Shown here: in pieces, positions 50,471 to 62,600 of the stretch
Layout of the letters: each line of letters starts with the position of its first letter
Numbering within the stretch: the first letter of the stretch is position 1
From: Strigamia acuminata
Lineage: Eukaryota
DNA length: 64,000 nucleotides
Assembly (NCBI GenBank): GCA_949358305.1
Contig: OX442314.1
Coordinates: forward strand, 18,228,001 to 18,292,000
Direction of reading: 5' to 3'
The notes under the pieces: generated by a model
Database searches by the model: none
Told to the model about the DNA's origin: nothing
The model's input: the letters and a program-made list of their open reading frames with translations, nothing else
Position numbers and translations under genes: made by a program

Positions 50471-53400
50471 CTACCATAATGTGCATTTCTTGTTTGACGA
50501 TGATGGGCAGTTGAAAGCAGCAGCAAATTCCTCTGAATTAATTAAAGTTCCCAAAACTCTGTATTGAACTGGACTGTGAGCATCTTTTAGAATTAAGTGC
50601 AAGAGTGTCTCCTTTCTCCAATTAGAACACCAGAGCTGAAAAGATATTGATAATCGATAAACTTATCAATCTGTTTGAAAAAAATCACTGATTCATCAAC
50701 TGGAAATGTTTTAGGTATTAGGTGGGAGTGTTAAATCTAACTGAATAGAAAGTTAATAAAAGTTCATGTCTGATAATAATGTGATAATACTGTACTCGGT
50801 TTTCTAAAGGAAAACAGCGCGCAGTGTTGTTCAGGTAATTGACCGATTTTGAACTTTTTATTGCTCGTTTAATATTACTCATTTGGGATTCTATTAATTT
50901 AATATCCGTATAGTTTATTCTGCAATTGTTAGGCCCACAGTAATGCGTAACTTTACCTGACCAAAAGTGATAAAAAATAGTTGATCTGGTGAATACTGCT
51001 CCAAGCCGGGCAATCTATGTTGTGGTGGATTATCCTTTTCCCAGTTTTTATAAGCCTTTGAATTAAAATAAAACAAGATATAATTAATAGGTGTTTCAGT
51101 TATAAGTTTTAAGGCCAGTTTTCATTAGATGTTGTCGCTACTTTGTTTAAAATCGCATAAAATCTGCTTACTATGTACGCTGCTTTTAGTCCACCGTTGT
51201 CAGCAATATTTTCTCCTAGTGTGTTATTCCCATTAACACACACCCCGGATAATTCTGCAGGACAATAGTGTGTGTATTGCTCGACATAACATTGGCTAAG
51301 CTTCTGGAAATTTTCAATGGAATATGGCGTCCACCAGCTTTTAAGAGCGCCTGTCTTGTCGTATTTTCTACCTAAAATTTGTGTAGTACACGCAAATATG
51401 CATTTGAATTAATTAGCACAAATGGAAGTTTCATTACCTTCATCATCAAATCCATGTGTAATTTCGTGACCAATTACTGATCCAATTCCACCGAAATTCA
51501 TAGCCATTAGTCTACCAGCTTTGTAAAAGGGAGATTGGAGAATTCCAGCAGGAAAGGCTTTTTTCGAGAGAAATAAAGAAATCAGGAGTATATAAATTAC
51601 GTTCTAGTGAATGTGAATTGAATGCAAAATACTTATAGAATTTAGTTCCGGAACGTAATAAGCATTAACTGCGTTTGGACTCATATACCATTTGGTCTTG
51701 TCCACCGGTTGATCTCTTAAAGATGCTAATTCTTCTTTAGCTACTGCTGCGGCCGAGCTTTTCAAGTTTCGAAAATAGTCTTGTGTTGTAATATCGACCT
51801 GTAGGAATTTTTTTAAAAGGTATACAATATTTACATTTCATTAAATTGTTAATTGTAAACCTCTTTGTAATATTCATCCAACTTCTTATTATCAAGAATC
51901 CATTCAGGATAACCAATGTTATGAATAATGTTCTGAGCCTAAATACAAAAAGAATAATTTATTCAAATTTAGAAAAAGAAAAAAAAGCTTTTATAAACAC
52001 GTTTTTGTTACTTTGTCTATGGCAGCTCGTCTAGTTTCTTCATCCATCCACTCAACAGTGTGCAAATTGTTTATGAATGCATCTTGTATTTCTCGAATCA
52101 TTTCATTTGCTTGAGTCTTACTATCTGATGGGAAATTTTCTTTAACAAAAATTTCACCCAATGCTTTAGGTAATGCCTTGTCCACCTCATGCAAACAAAC
52201 TTCCCATCTTTAAATTAAATTAGACACATTGAAATTTATTTTCTCAACATATATCAAAAACAACCTTTCAGGAGGCTTCTGTACGCCAGTCATTGTCATT
52301 GAAAAGTTATACGCATACGACTGTGTTTGAGGGCTCATATGAATCAGTAGAGGAAACATATACCTCCACAGCTGATAGTTAGCCAGTGTCCGCCTATCAG
52401 TTTGGTTAATAAACTTTGTCAAGTTATACAGGTAAGGTTGGTCCATTAAATAGACAAACTCAGTTTTTTCTATACTTGTTATATCCGCAAAGACCAAATT
52501 AGTAAATCGTAGCCAATCTACTTCCTACAAAGTTAAAAGGTTTATTTGAGACACTCACTTTCGGTTTTTGGTTTCTTACAGGTCCTGTGGCTTTCTGCAA
52601 ATCTTCCAATGTCATACTAACGTGGAATTTTTGACCTCTTTTATCTTGTGGACTCATTATTATCTATAAAAATATATAAAGATGCTATTTTATTGTGTAA
52701 AACAATTGGTGTGGTGTATTTGCTACTTTTGCTAGTTCTGTTTCCAATGCAATCATTTCATCCACGTATTTGGAAATGTCAGTGTCGGAAGTTTTACCCA
52801 GAAATTTAGCAACGTTGGTAATTAAGGTTTTGTACGCTTTGATTTGACTACTGTAATTTACTGGTTTGAGTAAATAGTCACGACCTAATCCAAGCGATGG
52901 TGTATCAAGCTACGATATATGATAAAATGATTATCCGAATATACATATTTCTTTTTTTTTTAAATACCCGGATAGTGTTAATCGAAGTGTCATTTTCGCT
53001 AAAGTAAACTTCGAGGGCGATTAACGACGATGTATCTCCCACAGGTGTTGAAGGTGTTTTCTTAAATTCTGCTTCGTTCTTGATCCAGTCGAAGCCATCT
53101 TCTGTCCAGTTGTCAGTTACGAGTGGCCAGTTACCCAGACTTATTAGAGTTGCTTTAACTTGGTCCAAAGTCAAATTGAACATATTTTCTACAAAAGAAA
53201 AAATAATTTCACAATGCAAGTTATTGCGCAAAAGGAAATTAATATAAATACCTGGCTTAGTACATGAATTGTACATATTTTTGGCTTTTACAACTGTAGA
53301 TGCATCATCTTTAGTGATTGGTGCAGTTAATAAATCTGTAAAGAAAAATATTTAAACATAATTTGTTAGAGGTAATTCAAATTTAAATAGAAATACCTCT

Positions 53401-54085
53401 TAATAAGTAAGAAATTTCCTCATCCAAAACATCAAATGAACTAAACCTGCCCTTATCTTCGGGTAGTTTGTGTTTTGCTCTCCAGCCATCACACGAAAAC
53501 GCGTAGAAGTCTTCACAAGGGTTGACAGAGGTATTCATGGTATCCAGGAGTATTTGGGCTAAATTATTTTGTTTTATTTTAATGTATTTTGTTTTATTTT
53601 GGCGTGCATTATACCTGCGCGCACACAGTCCTCTGATGTACATATTTGAGTTGATTTATCACCTTTATCTGGTAAACAAAAATGAACAGGTGGTTAATAA
53701 TTTTTATTGTGAATTATAAAGAGCGTTTTAAGGTTTTACCCTGGGCTTTGTCTTTGAAAAAAGATAATATCACCAAACATGTGGCAACAAGGAAGGCAAC
53801 TAAGTTGTCAATTTTGGTATATTAAAACGTACTATTTATTGTCTCGTTCCATTATGCAACACTTTTTTTAACACAACTTCACGTGACTACTATTGTTTCA
53901 AATGATGGAAACCAATGACTCACTTGTTTGTGTGTTGGAAGTCCTATCTGTAGCTAAAATTGCAACAGCGATAATAAGAGCTAAGCATATGATTGCAAAA
54001 ATGAACAAAGAAATCACGAGTTGTTTTTCTGTTCGATTTCTTCTTTCCCACCACGAATTCCATTCACTATTTGTAATAAACGAGG
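50471..54085 (-). CDS. Canonical-type neprilysin/ECE-like M13 peptidase, gene H (native first exon not seen)
   Basis: TM exon [98 protein letters not shown]. Confidence 0.93.
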
Positions 54086-54099
54086 CTTTATATAAAATT

Positions 54100-56232
54100 T
54101 GTGACGGAATAAACTTAGGCATGGATATATAATTAGTATAATATGAAGGAATAACTAAGGGGTAAAGTTAGGCTGTACTGCAATGGCAATTACAGTAAGG
54201 CGGGAAAGGAATCTCTTGAGTGACGTGAGTCACTTGAGAGGTAAAGGGGGTCGCTGGCAAGTGACCACAAATAATCTAGAGGCTAGACAGGTATAAAACA
54301 GTGAGATAACATAAATAAATGGAGAATAAATATCTGACTTCGTGAAATATGCGACATATAAATTGATAGATGAATGTAGGTAACTATGAATAATATTGAG
54401 CCAACACAAGTGTGTAAACTATAATAAAGCTAATTTATTAGCGAGTCCAAATGATCATTAAACCATAATCCAAAATACATACATATATACAAATACACAA
54501 GCGCTATAAACAAGGCCTCCAATAATCATTGGGGTAATACAAAGACATATCAAAAGGTAAATACGCTGACAAAACTAGAGCATTGGGAGGCATGAGGAAT
54601 TCATGGCCCAAGGCAAAAGGGGGACTTGAACAGGAGTGAAAGAGAAGCGCTCTTTTAATTACGCTGAAACTGTAGTTTAAGGGGATTAAAAGGGGACATT
54701 TAAAATGGCGGCTCAATCGAGGCTTTGATTGCAATTCGGTTCGGTGTGGCTTTAATAACGATGTCGTCACAAATAATGCATTGACTTTGAAGAAAGCCAA
54801 TGCTGCCTAAAACTTAATTGTTCAATTAAAGCAAGATCTAAAACAAGAGTGTAAACTCTTGATTAAGCGGTTTGGTGGGTGAAAGACCCAAGAGTTGGCT
54901 ATGAGAATGGCAACATGTCATTGAATAGGCCTAACCAAGAGTAGAGCAGTTCTGCTAAACCAGAGGTTCACATTGACTGGATACATCATTTAATGGCTAG
55001 GTTCTTGGCTAACAAGTGCAAGGGGTTTGTGAGCGAGTGCTCGAGACAGAGAAAGACAACTACACATATTTAGGTGTAACTCAGATTGCTCTGAGTTCAA
55101 ATGTCTATGCGTAACAACTTTCAGGAGAAGGCTGACTAGCGCATTTAGGACTAAGCATAAATGCAAAGTAATGCTACGCCATTGAGAACCAGAGGTTAAG
55201 GTAAGGGAAGTTACTATTAAATTAATAGCAAGTTCTTATAGCAAGTAGAAGGATTGATTGACTAACAATGGACAACAAAAGGACTAAGCCGAACTAATAA
55301 ATCTCCCTCAACTTAGCAACAATTGACCACTTCAATGGAAATCCACTGAAGTAATTCTAATTACCAATTTGAGAGCAATAAATGAAATAAGGCTTACCAG
55401 TACTTTGATTCCGCGGTCCAGGGTCATTGAATCCAGTGTCAAAAGGGTTGTGGAATTTTGGCGGGAAAATCCACCAACAAAGCCAGGGCGGCAAAGTTGG
55501 AGTAGAGGCAACAAAACCTATCTTTTCTCCTTCATCTTCACCTCCATTGCCATCCTACTTCCCCCAGCTGTCAACTGCAGGAAGTTTTACATCTCAACCC
55601 AGTAATCGAATACCAAATAGGCTCGGATGTTGCTCGTAGGGCAACCAACTAAAGCGAGATAGTGCGTCAAAACCTTGACGCACAACATAAGTCAAAGCCA
55701 AAGGCAAGAACAAAATGTGTAAAGTCAAAATATATGGGCAAAATCTCTGTAGGAAGCCTTGAACAAAGCTTATATAGACAAACCAAACAACACCTCATTG
55801 GAATGGAACCAATGGGGTAAATAGACCAATGACAAATGAGAGCTATCTCACTAGCATGAAGCGGGAAAGCTTCACAAAGCAAATACCTCATCAGAATGTA
55901 AACAAGGAGGAGTGCATAAGGGGTCAAGAGTTCTCTTGGCCTTTGTAAGGTCACTCTCTCTAATGCTTAGAAACAACACAAGGGGAAGTAAACAACATAG
56001 TCGCTCAGTCTTGGCTTCACTGTATAGTGACTCATCCAAGATGGCGACTGGTGCAATAACACACTATAAACTGTAAGAAAATGCTTATGGCCGTGAGCCA
56101 GTGGCTCACTTATAGCGCCTAGGACTCATATAATATAAAAGTAAATTAAAGAATTCAACTTAAAACCTTGAATTAAATATAAATAGTTTTATTTATCTTT
56201 AACCAAAACTACGGTATTTTGGTACCGTCACA
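54100..56232 (-). repeat. Putative 3' LTR of the gypsy element (2133 bp)
   Basis: 8-bp inverted termini tgtgacgg (54100-54107) and ccgtcaca (56225-56232), with host gene sequence resuming at 54099. The partner LTR is outside the window, so it is not confirmed as a direct repeat. Confidence 0.75.
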
Positions 56233-56703
56233 CGTGCTCCGGAAAAGAGTGCGTGCGTCCTACGCATGCATCTAAATCGACAAGACCAGAATAAAAAGTC
56301 AAAACTGAAGAGAAAAATTTATTGAGGTAAAAACCCCTAAAAAACTCTTGGTGCGAAGGCACCCTTACAACAAATAATCAAAAAAAAAAAAAGAAACTTG
56401 AACAATTAATTTATGCTAAGATTTTAAGACTAAATTAAAATGACACGTGAGTCACAAACTCTACAGACAGAATATATACAAAGCGAAAGGAACACAATAT
56501 AAAAGGAAAATAAAAATTATACACCATACAAGACCATAACCGAACGGTTAAGTAAGTCTGTAAACAAAATTCAAAGATTTTCTTTTGAGAGATACACTAA
56601 AATAATTATAAAAAATGAACGGTCGTATATTACACTTGTTTTGACTTGACACACTAAATGAAACATAGAATTTATACAAGTCAGGCAGATATCGCTCTCT
56701 CTC

Positions 56704-58296
56704 TTAAAATTCAGGACTCTCACCATGTTCAGGCGAATTGGGTGCCGTGACGTATTGGGGTTTAGGGGAAGTGGGAGTTTCTCCTAGCTCCATCGTCAAG
56801 TTAAGCGGGAGCTCTGTAACATCGGGGAGGGACTCGTCTGACTCAATGAGCGCGGCAATTTCGGGGTCGGATAAAGCAACTGCTTCTGTCTGAGAACACA
56901 ACATATTTACCGCCGCGTTCACTTCCTCCATTTGGAAGACATTCGGGGGTCTCTCGTGTTGCTGACCGGAAAAGGGGGGAAGCCCTTTCGCTAACTGCGC
57001 GGAGTTGTACGACTCCAAGTACTTGGCAGAATCCAGTGCAAACGCACTTGGAACGTGCTGCATCCATAAGCGGGTCATTGTTCTGTGCAGAACGAATACC
57101 CGCTCCCATGACGCGTCCCAGACATCACACCTGATGTGGTACGCAGGGTGGAGATCAACCAATCCCAAAATTGCGATCTGACCTCGCTTTAATTTGCCGA
57201 TTAATGCAAAGTACCCTCCAAACCTATTTGCTACGTTAAAAATCGCTCGCCCCATCTCGTACATATAACCGCTCAAAGCTGGGACGACACCTCGGCAGCG
57301 TATCATCATCATCTCGGGAGATAATAAAAATACGGGGGAAAAGGTCGGCATGTTTAATTCACCCGGGTCCTCGATATCCTCATAAGGGGTTGCTCTTACG
57401 TCTAACGGCTTGCCTTTTATCGTGGCCTCTAACCGTCGTATCTTTTCATGAGCGGATGCAAGTGCATCGGTTAACAAGGCCAACTGTTTAGTTAGGCGGG
57501 CGTGCTCGGCAGGGTCAATTGGTGTGGTGGGTTCGGCCGTGCTCAGCAAGATCTTGTCTAAATTTAACTTTGTGCTTTCAATGTGCCAATCTACATCAGT
57601 GGGAGAGTTGGCACCGAGAAGAAAAAGGGGTGGAGCAGCCACCTCCAGGGAATGCTTATCTGGGTTCACAACGAAAAAACACTTGCTACAGAGGGACCAA
57701 CGGCGCGCGGCAGACGACCAGGCCGTCATGACCATAATATTTTTTATCCCTGGTAACCAGGGAGATCCTCGGGGCCGTTTTCCCTCACCCCGACAGTTGA
57801 TGCAGGCCATGAGATGCTGTCCCCCATATGCGCCGCACATCCAACTGCTGCCGGTGCAGCAAGGGCACTGCACGAAGTAGCGGGTGTCAAAATTTGGGAC
57901 CAAATGGGGAATACCTTTACCCACATCATCGTCACACTTGTCTCGGCGCTTGACTACCAAATCAATTTTAGCTGCGGAGGCGTCACTTCTAAGTTCATGC
58001 CACTTGTACGATTGGGACTTGCTGGCTTCCGTTGCTGTTACTGGTCGCTTGAAGTCACCGTACGGATTGTCCGGAGATCTTGGTTCTACGTAGCGTAATG
58101 CTCCACGGGGACGACTAAACCTCCTTTGCATCAAAGCGGGAATGGGAGGCGGTGTTTCCAAATCCTCCTCAGCGCATCGCGGAGCCTTGACAGGTGGCTC
58201 GTCGGTAGGAAGGGGTTCCTTGACAGCGAGCATTCGCTTCCTCGGGTCCGGGTTGATGCGGCCGACTCGTGGTTTAAAACCTCCCCGCGTATACAT
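56704..58296 (-). CDS. Gypsy extra ORF (ORF3 position), 530 aa, unknown function, Cys-rich plus coiled coil
   Basis: Uninterrupted ATG ORF between pol and the LTR, same strand as pol. CPCC-x6-C...CINC...CSKC cluster, heptad segment, acidic Pro-rich tail, no signal peptide or TM segment seen. Confidence 0.85.
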   Translation of the reverse strand: MYTRGGFKPRVGRINPDPRKRMLAVKEPLPTDEPPVKAPRCAEEDLETPPPIPALMQRRFSRPRGALRYVEPRSPDNPYGDFKRPVTATEASKSQSYKWHELRSDASAAKIDLVVKRRDKCDDDVGKGIPHLVPNFDTRYFVQCPCCTGSSWMCGAYGGQHLMACINCRGEGKRPRGSPWLPGIKNIMVMTAWSSAARRWSLCSKCFFVVNPDKHSLEVAAPPLFLLGANSPTDVDWHIESTKLNLDKILLSTAEPTTPIDPAEHARLTKQLALLTDALASAHEKIRRLEATIKGKPLDVRATPYEDIEDPGELNMPTFSPVFLLSPEMMMIRCRGVVPALSGYMYEMGRAIFNVANRFGGYFALIGKLKRGQIAILGLVDLHPAYHIRCDVWDASWERVFVLHRTMTRLWMQHVPSAFALDSAKYLESYNSAQLAKGLPPFSGQQHERPPNVFQMEEVNAAVNMLCSQTEAVALSDPEIAALIESDESLPDVTELPLNLTMELGETPTSPKPQYVTAPNSPEHGESPEF

Positions 58297-59665
58297 CTAC
58301 TTGTGTAAAGTAAACACCAAATGGACCAAATCAGTAAGATAATTCCAACATATCCCAAAACGCGAGAGAACTTATAAAGAAATATACTAATATATTCTCA
58401 TGAAAGGCTGTTGAAACTCGTCTTTATGATTGGGAATAAATTACGCGGGACAATTATCCTGTGCGCCATCTGTTGATCAGATAAGCCATAAAATAACTAA
58501 CTATCACTAATGACATCTGGTGGCGGATTTCTACTGAACGCGCCATCTTTAATTTTCTTTGAATTCGGAGGTTTAAGCTTTAAAATTATGCGCATGGAAA
58601 ATCTATAATTACGCCAAATTGATCGCGAAAACTTCCGTAAAGCGGTTAAAATTAAATCAATGAAACGATTCTTACAAGGAAAACTGCTTAAAATCTGCAC
58701 GGGTAATTTAAGTGTGCGGCGTGTAGATACACGGTAATCAAAAACTGGCAAACGCGAATTTTGGGGCAAAAATACTGATTAAAATAATAATAATCAATCA
58801 ACGAGAATATACAGTAAAATGGTATAACGAACAAACTTACGGTTGTGTGCACAACGCTGTCGAATAATCAGAGACTAACACTGGAAGTACGCACGTGCTT
58901 CCGATCGGTGTATAAACGTAAAAGAACGCTAGATGGACAGAAAATTTATCCGAATGACATAAACAAGATATCGGAAAGTAGTGAATCTTTTTTAACCACA
59001 AAATATCTTACACGAGAGGATCCAGCGGTTGGATAACGGTCGAGGGACGCGTGGCGATAAATCGAAACTAACGCCGTAAAAGCTGGAAAATTGCTAATTT
59101 CAACACCACATATATCCGAAACAATTTGATTAATGCATTTACCCAAGTAGAGGCGGAAATATATCCAAGGAAGGTCGGAATAAACGAAGCTGCCGGTGTT
59201 CCAGGATCGGACGAGAAACTAACGTGTAGTAGAAGTTTTGCAAAGAACTAGTCAACCGGAAATGGACTTAAGCTGGTGTGGAATCTCTAAAGACAATAGG
59301 GGTGACAAATGACGTCAACAGTCATGATACCACAGATGCTAGGAATCCTAAATTCTGAAGTAGAGGGGGAAATCAAAGTTCGACCACTAATTGTTGTCAG
59401 CTGCAAATGCAACATGAACCCTGCTAATCCGAAGAAGTAGGAAGTTGGAAGTGCAACTAAAGCTTGACCCACATTTAATAAAATTGAAACGACAATTATT
59501 TTGGAAAGTACGAATAAAATAAAATGAGAGAAACCGACTAGGTTTTTCTAAAGTGAATGCGAACTGTCCTTTTTATATTTGAAGAAGTCAAAACAATAAT
59601 TATCAACTAACTAAATTAGCTAAATTCAAACTCAAGCAAAATCTACAACAACGAGATTCGAAATC

Positions 59666-62600
59666 TTACGCGGGATTCTCGGAATCGAGACACCTGACAA
59701 AATCTTTAGTGTAACGTGGGTTGACAACACGTGGTCGCTTCGAAGTTCGGGGTTCGACGTCATCACGTCTCGGCGTTACAATACGCGTGGTAAGCGGAGT
59801 GACGTCAGTCGCGAGTTCCATTGGTTCTGCTTGCTCCGAACTTGGACTTGGTAAATATTCATCGTTTTCCATCCAACTGGGAGTCGGGTGTGCCGAATCC
59901 GTGCCGTGTGTCTGGTTTTCGACCCACTCTTCAATCGGGTATTCCGGTAAATAGGGGGTAAGGTGCTTGATATTAATAGAATTCTCTATTGTGCCATCTT
60001 CTAACTTTTCCAGGCGATAAGCGGTACCGCCTAGTATCTTTATAATTTTCCAGGGTCCGTCTCGTACTTCGGCCATTTTTGCTGAAAACTGCCGGTCGGC
60101 ATTTGACAAATGATGCGTCTTTCGCCAAACTAAATCGTCTAAATCGAACGTTCCGATCCGGTATTTCTTGTGATGAATTTTCCTATGTTTCTCATAATTT
60201 TCTTGAATTTTAGTGAACATCACGTTTTGTGCGAGGCGAATCGTATTCTGAATCGACGCGATATACTTCTCGGGGTCGTTGGGATCGAGTTTGACGGAAT
60301 TATTCAACGTGTTGGGATTCCAAGGTGGGGTAATTATTCTTCCTGAATTTAATAGCAATGGCGTTGAGCCTGTTGCCTCTGAAATGGATGTACGTGTTGC
60401 GAACGCAAAATCGTGAATAAGTTCGTGCCAATTTTTGTGCACGTCACTGAACAGAGCTATCATCACTTTCAAATTTCGGTTGGCCCTTTCAGTTGGGTTG
60501 GCCGAGGGATTGTAGGTGCTTGTGTGCTTTACTGTTATGCCCTGTCGTTCACAGAATTTTCTGTAAATCAGGGCGCAGAATTGGGGGCCGTTGTCACTTA
60601 TAATCTTTTTGGGTGAGCCATGTCTACATGCAACCTCATGTAGCTTTTCCACAATTATTTTGGCTGAAGCTGTATGCAGCGCAAATACTTCGATATATTT
60701 CGTTGCATTGTCCATGATTACAAGTAACCATTTAAACTTATTACCTGGTTTGGGACCCATTAAATCTACTGTGACCGTTTCCCAAGGAAATGTCATACCT
60801 AAAGGCACGTATTCGCCGGCAAGGGGCTTTCTTTGTAGAGGCTTATACATCTGGCAATGTTGACAACCTGTCACATAACCACGTACGTCACGGGACATAC
60901 CAAACCAATGATATAACATCTTTGCTCTGTCTAGAGTCTTTGCTACACCTGAGTGGCCTGCCATTGGGTGCCCGTGGCACGCAAATAACGCACGCTTAAG
61001 TAAACTGCGAGGCATTGCAGCCTTGAACCCATTTCCGGTATCCAACAATTCCTCGTCGAACGTCGGGGCAAATCTCGCAAGTAGATCGCCGTCCATCATA
61101 TAATGGCGGCATAATTTTTTAAAATCTCGTAAATGCAATTTATTATTTTTGGGCAGCTCATCTTTAGAAATGAACTGAATAATGTCGTACAAAAAGGGGT
61201 CAGCACGTTGTGCGTTTATAATTTCGTCGCGGGAGGGCGGAACCGTTTTTAACGCGTCTGTGAGTGCAGACATCAAAGTCTCATTGCGTTTGCAATTTTT
61301 ATCAGTCTTTTTTGTAGTGTCGAGAAAATTTAAAATTTCATCTGGAGTTATCACGTCAGGGCTACCATCCCCCTGTGTTTCAACAGAATTGACATACTCA
61401 ATTCTGAGGGAACACAACTGTTCTGTACTTTCTTTGAAAACATTAACGCCTTTATTTCTATTTCCAGTCCACTCGGGCCAGTATTGGGTCACTTCAGTGT
61501 GTTCTACGTGGTCGGTAGACGGGATATGCTCTTCAGAGAGCGGGGCTCGGGAGAGGGCATCGGCAATTTGATTATATTTGCCCTGGCGGTATTCAATTTT
61601 GAACGCGCCGGCCTGCAGTCGGGTGGCCCATCGACCAAATCGTCCGGAGGGCTCTGGTGACGTCATCAACCATTTGAGCGCCTGCGCGTCACTTTCCAGT
61701 TGAAAAGTGGTGTACTCTAGAAACGGACGGAAACGGTCGACTGCCCAAACGACAGCCAAACATTCAAGTTCAGGGGTATTATAGCGGACTTCCGCTCCTT
61801 TTAACACTCGACTAGCGTATGCTGCCGGTTTTAAAGTCTTTTTTCCATTTACCTCTACCTCTTGCATGAGAACAGCTCCTAATCCTTCATGACTAGCGTC
61901 TGTCTGAATTACGAACGGTTTACTCAGCTCGGGTCGGAGCAAGCAACCGTCAGTCATAAGCTTTTCTTTTAAAGTTTTGAATGCAGTTCTCTGCTCTTCC
62001 TCCCAAACAAATGGTAAATCTTTTCTTGTTAATGACGATAAGGGCTTGGCAATAGAAGCATAATTGGGGACAAATTTACGTAGATATCCCGTCATGCCCA
62101 GAAATCTCTGAACTTCTTTCACCGTGGTGGGGGCAGGAAAACTGTCTATTGCCAAAAGTTTTAATGTGTCGGCCTTAGTGCCTTCTTTTGTAATTCTAAA
62201 ACCTAAAAATTTGATTTCAGTTTGTCCAAAACGGGACTTGGTCATGCTCACGGTTAAGCCTGCATTACGTAAGAGTTGTAACACTTGCTTAACATGCTGT
62301 AAATGTTCCTCCCACGTCTTGGAATAAATAATAATATCGTCTAAATAGACCAAACAGAACTGGCCGGTTACTGGGGCCAAAATTTGTTCCATCAGATTTT
62401 GAAATGTGGCGGGAGCGTTACACAAGCCGAACGGCATGCGTTTAAATTGGTATTTTCCCATTGGGGTGTAAAATGACGTGATCGGTCGGCTATTGGGGTC
62501 CATTTCGACCTGGTAGTATCCCTTAACGAGATCCATGGACGTAAAATATTTTGCGTCACCTAAGTATAATAACATCATGTTCAAATCTGGCATGGCGATC

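Noticed and set aside
54504..55954. Short ORFs inside the putative gypsy LTR
   Set aside because: All under 100 aa, on both strands, with no domain signal.
56704..58296. env gene
   Set aside because: No signal peptide or C-terminal transmembrane anchor is visible.
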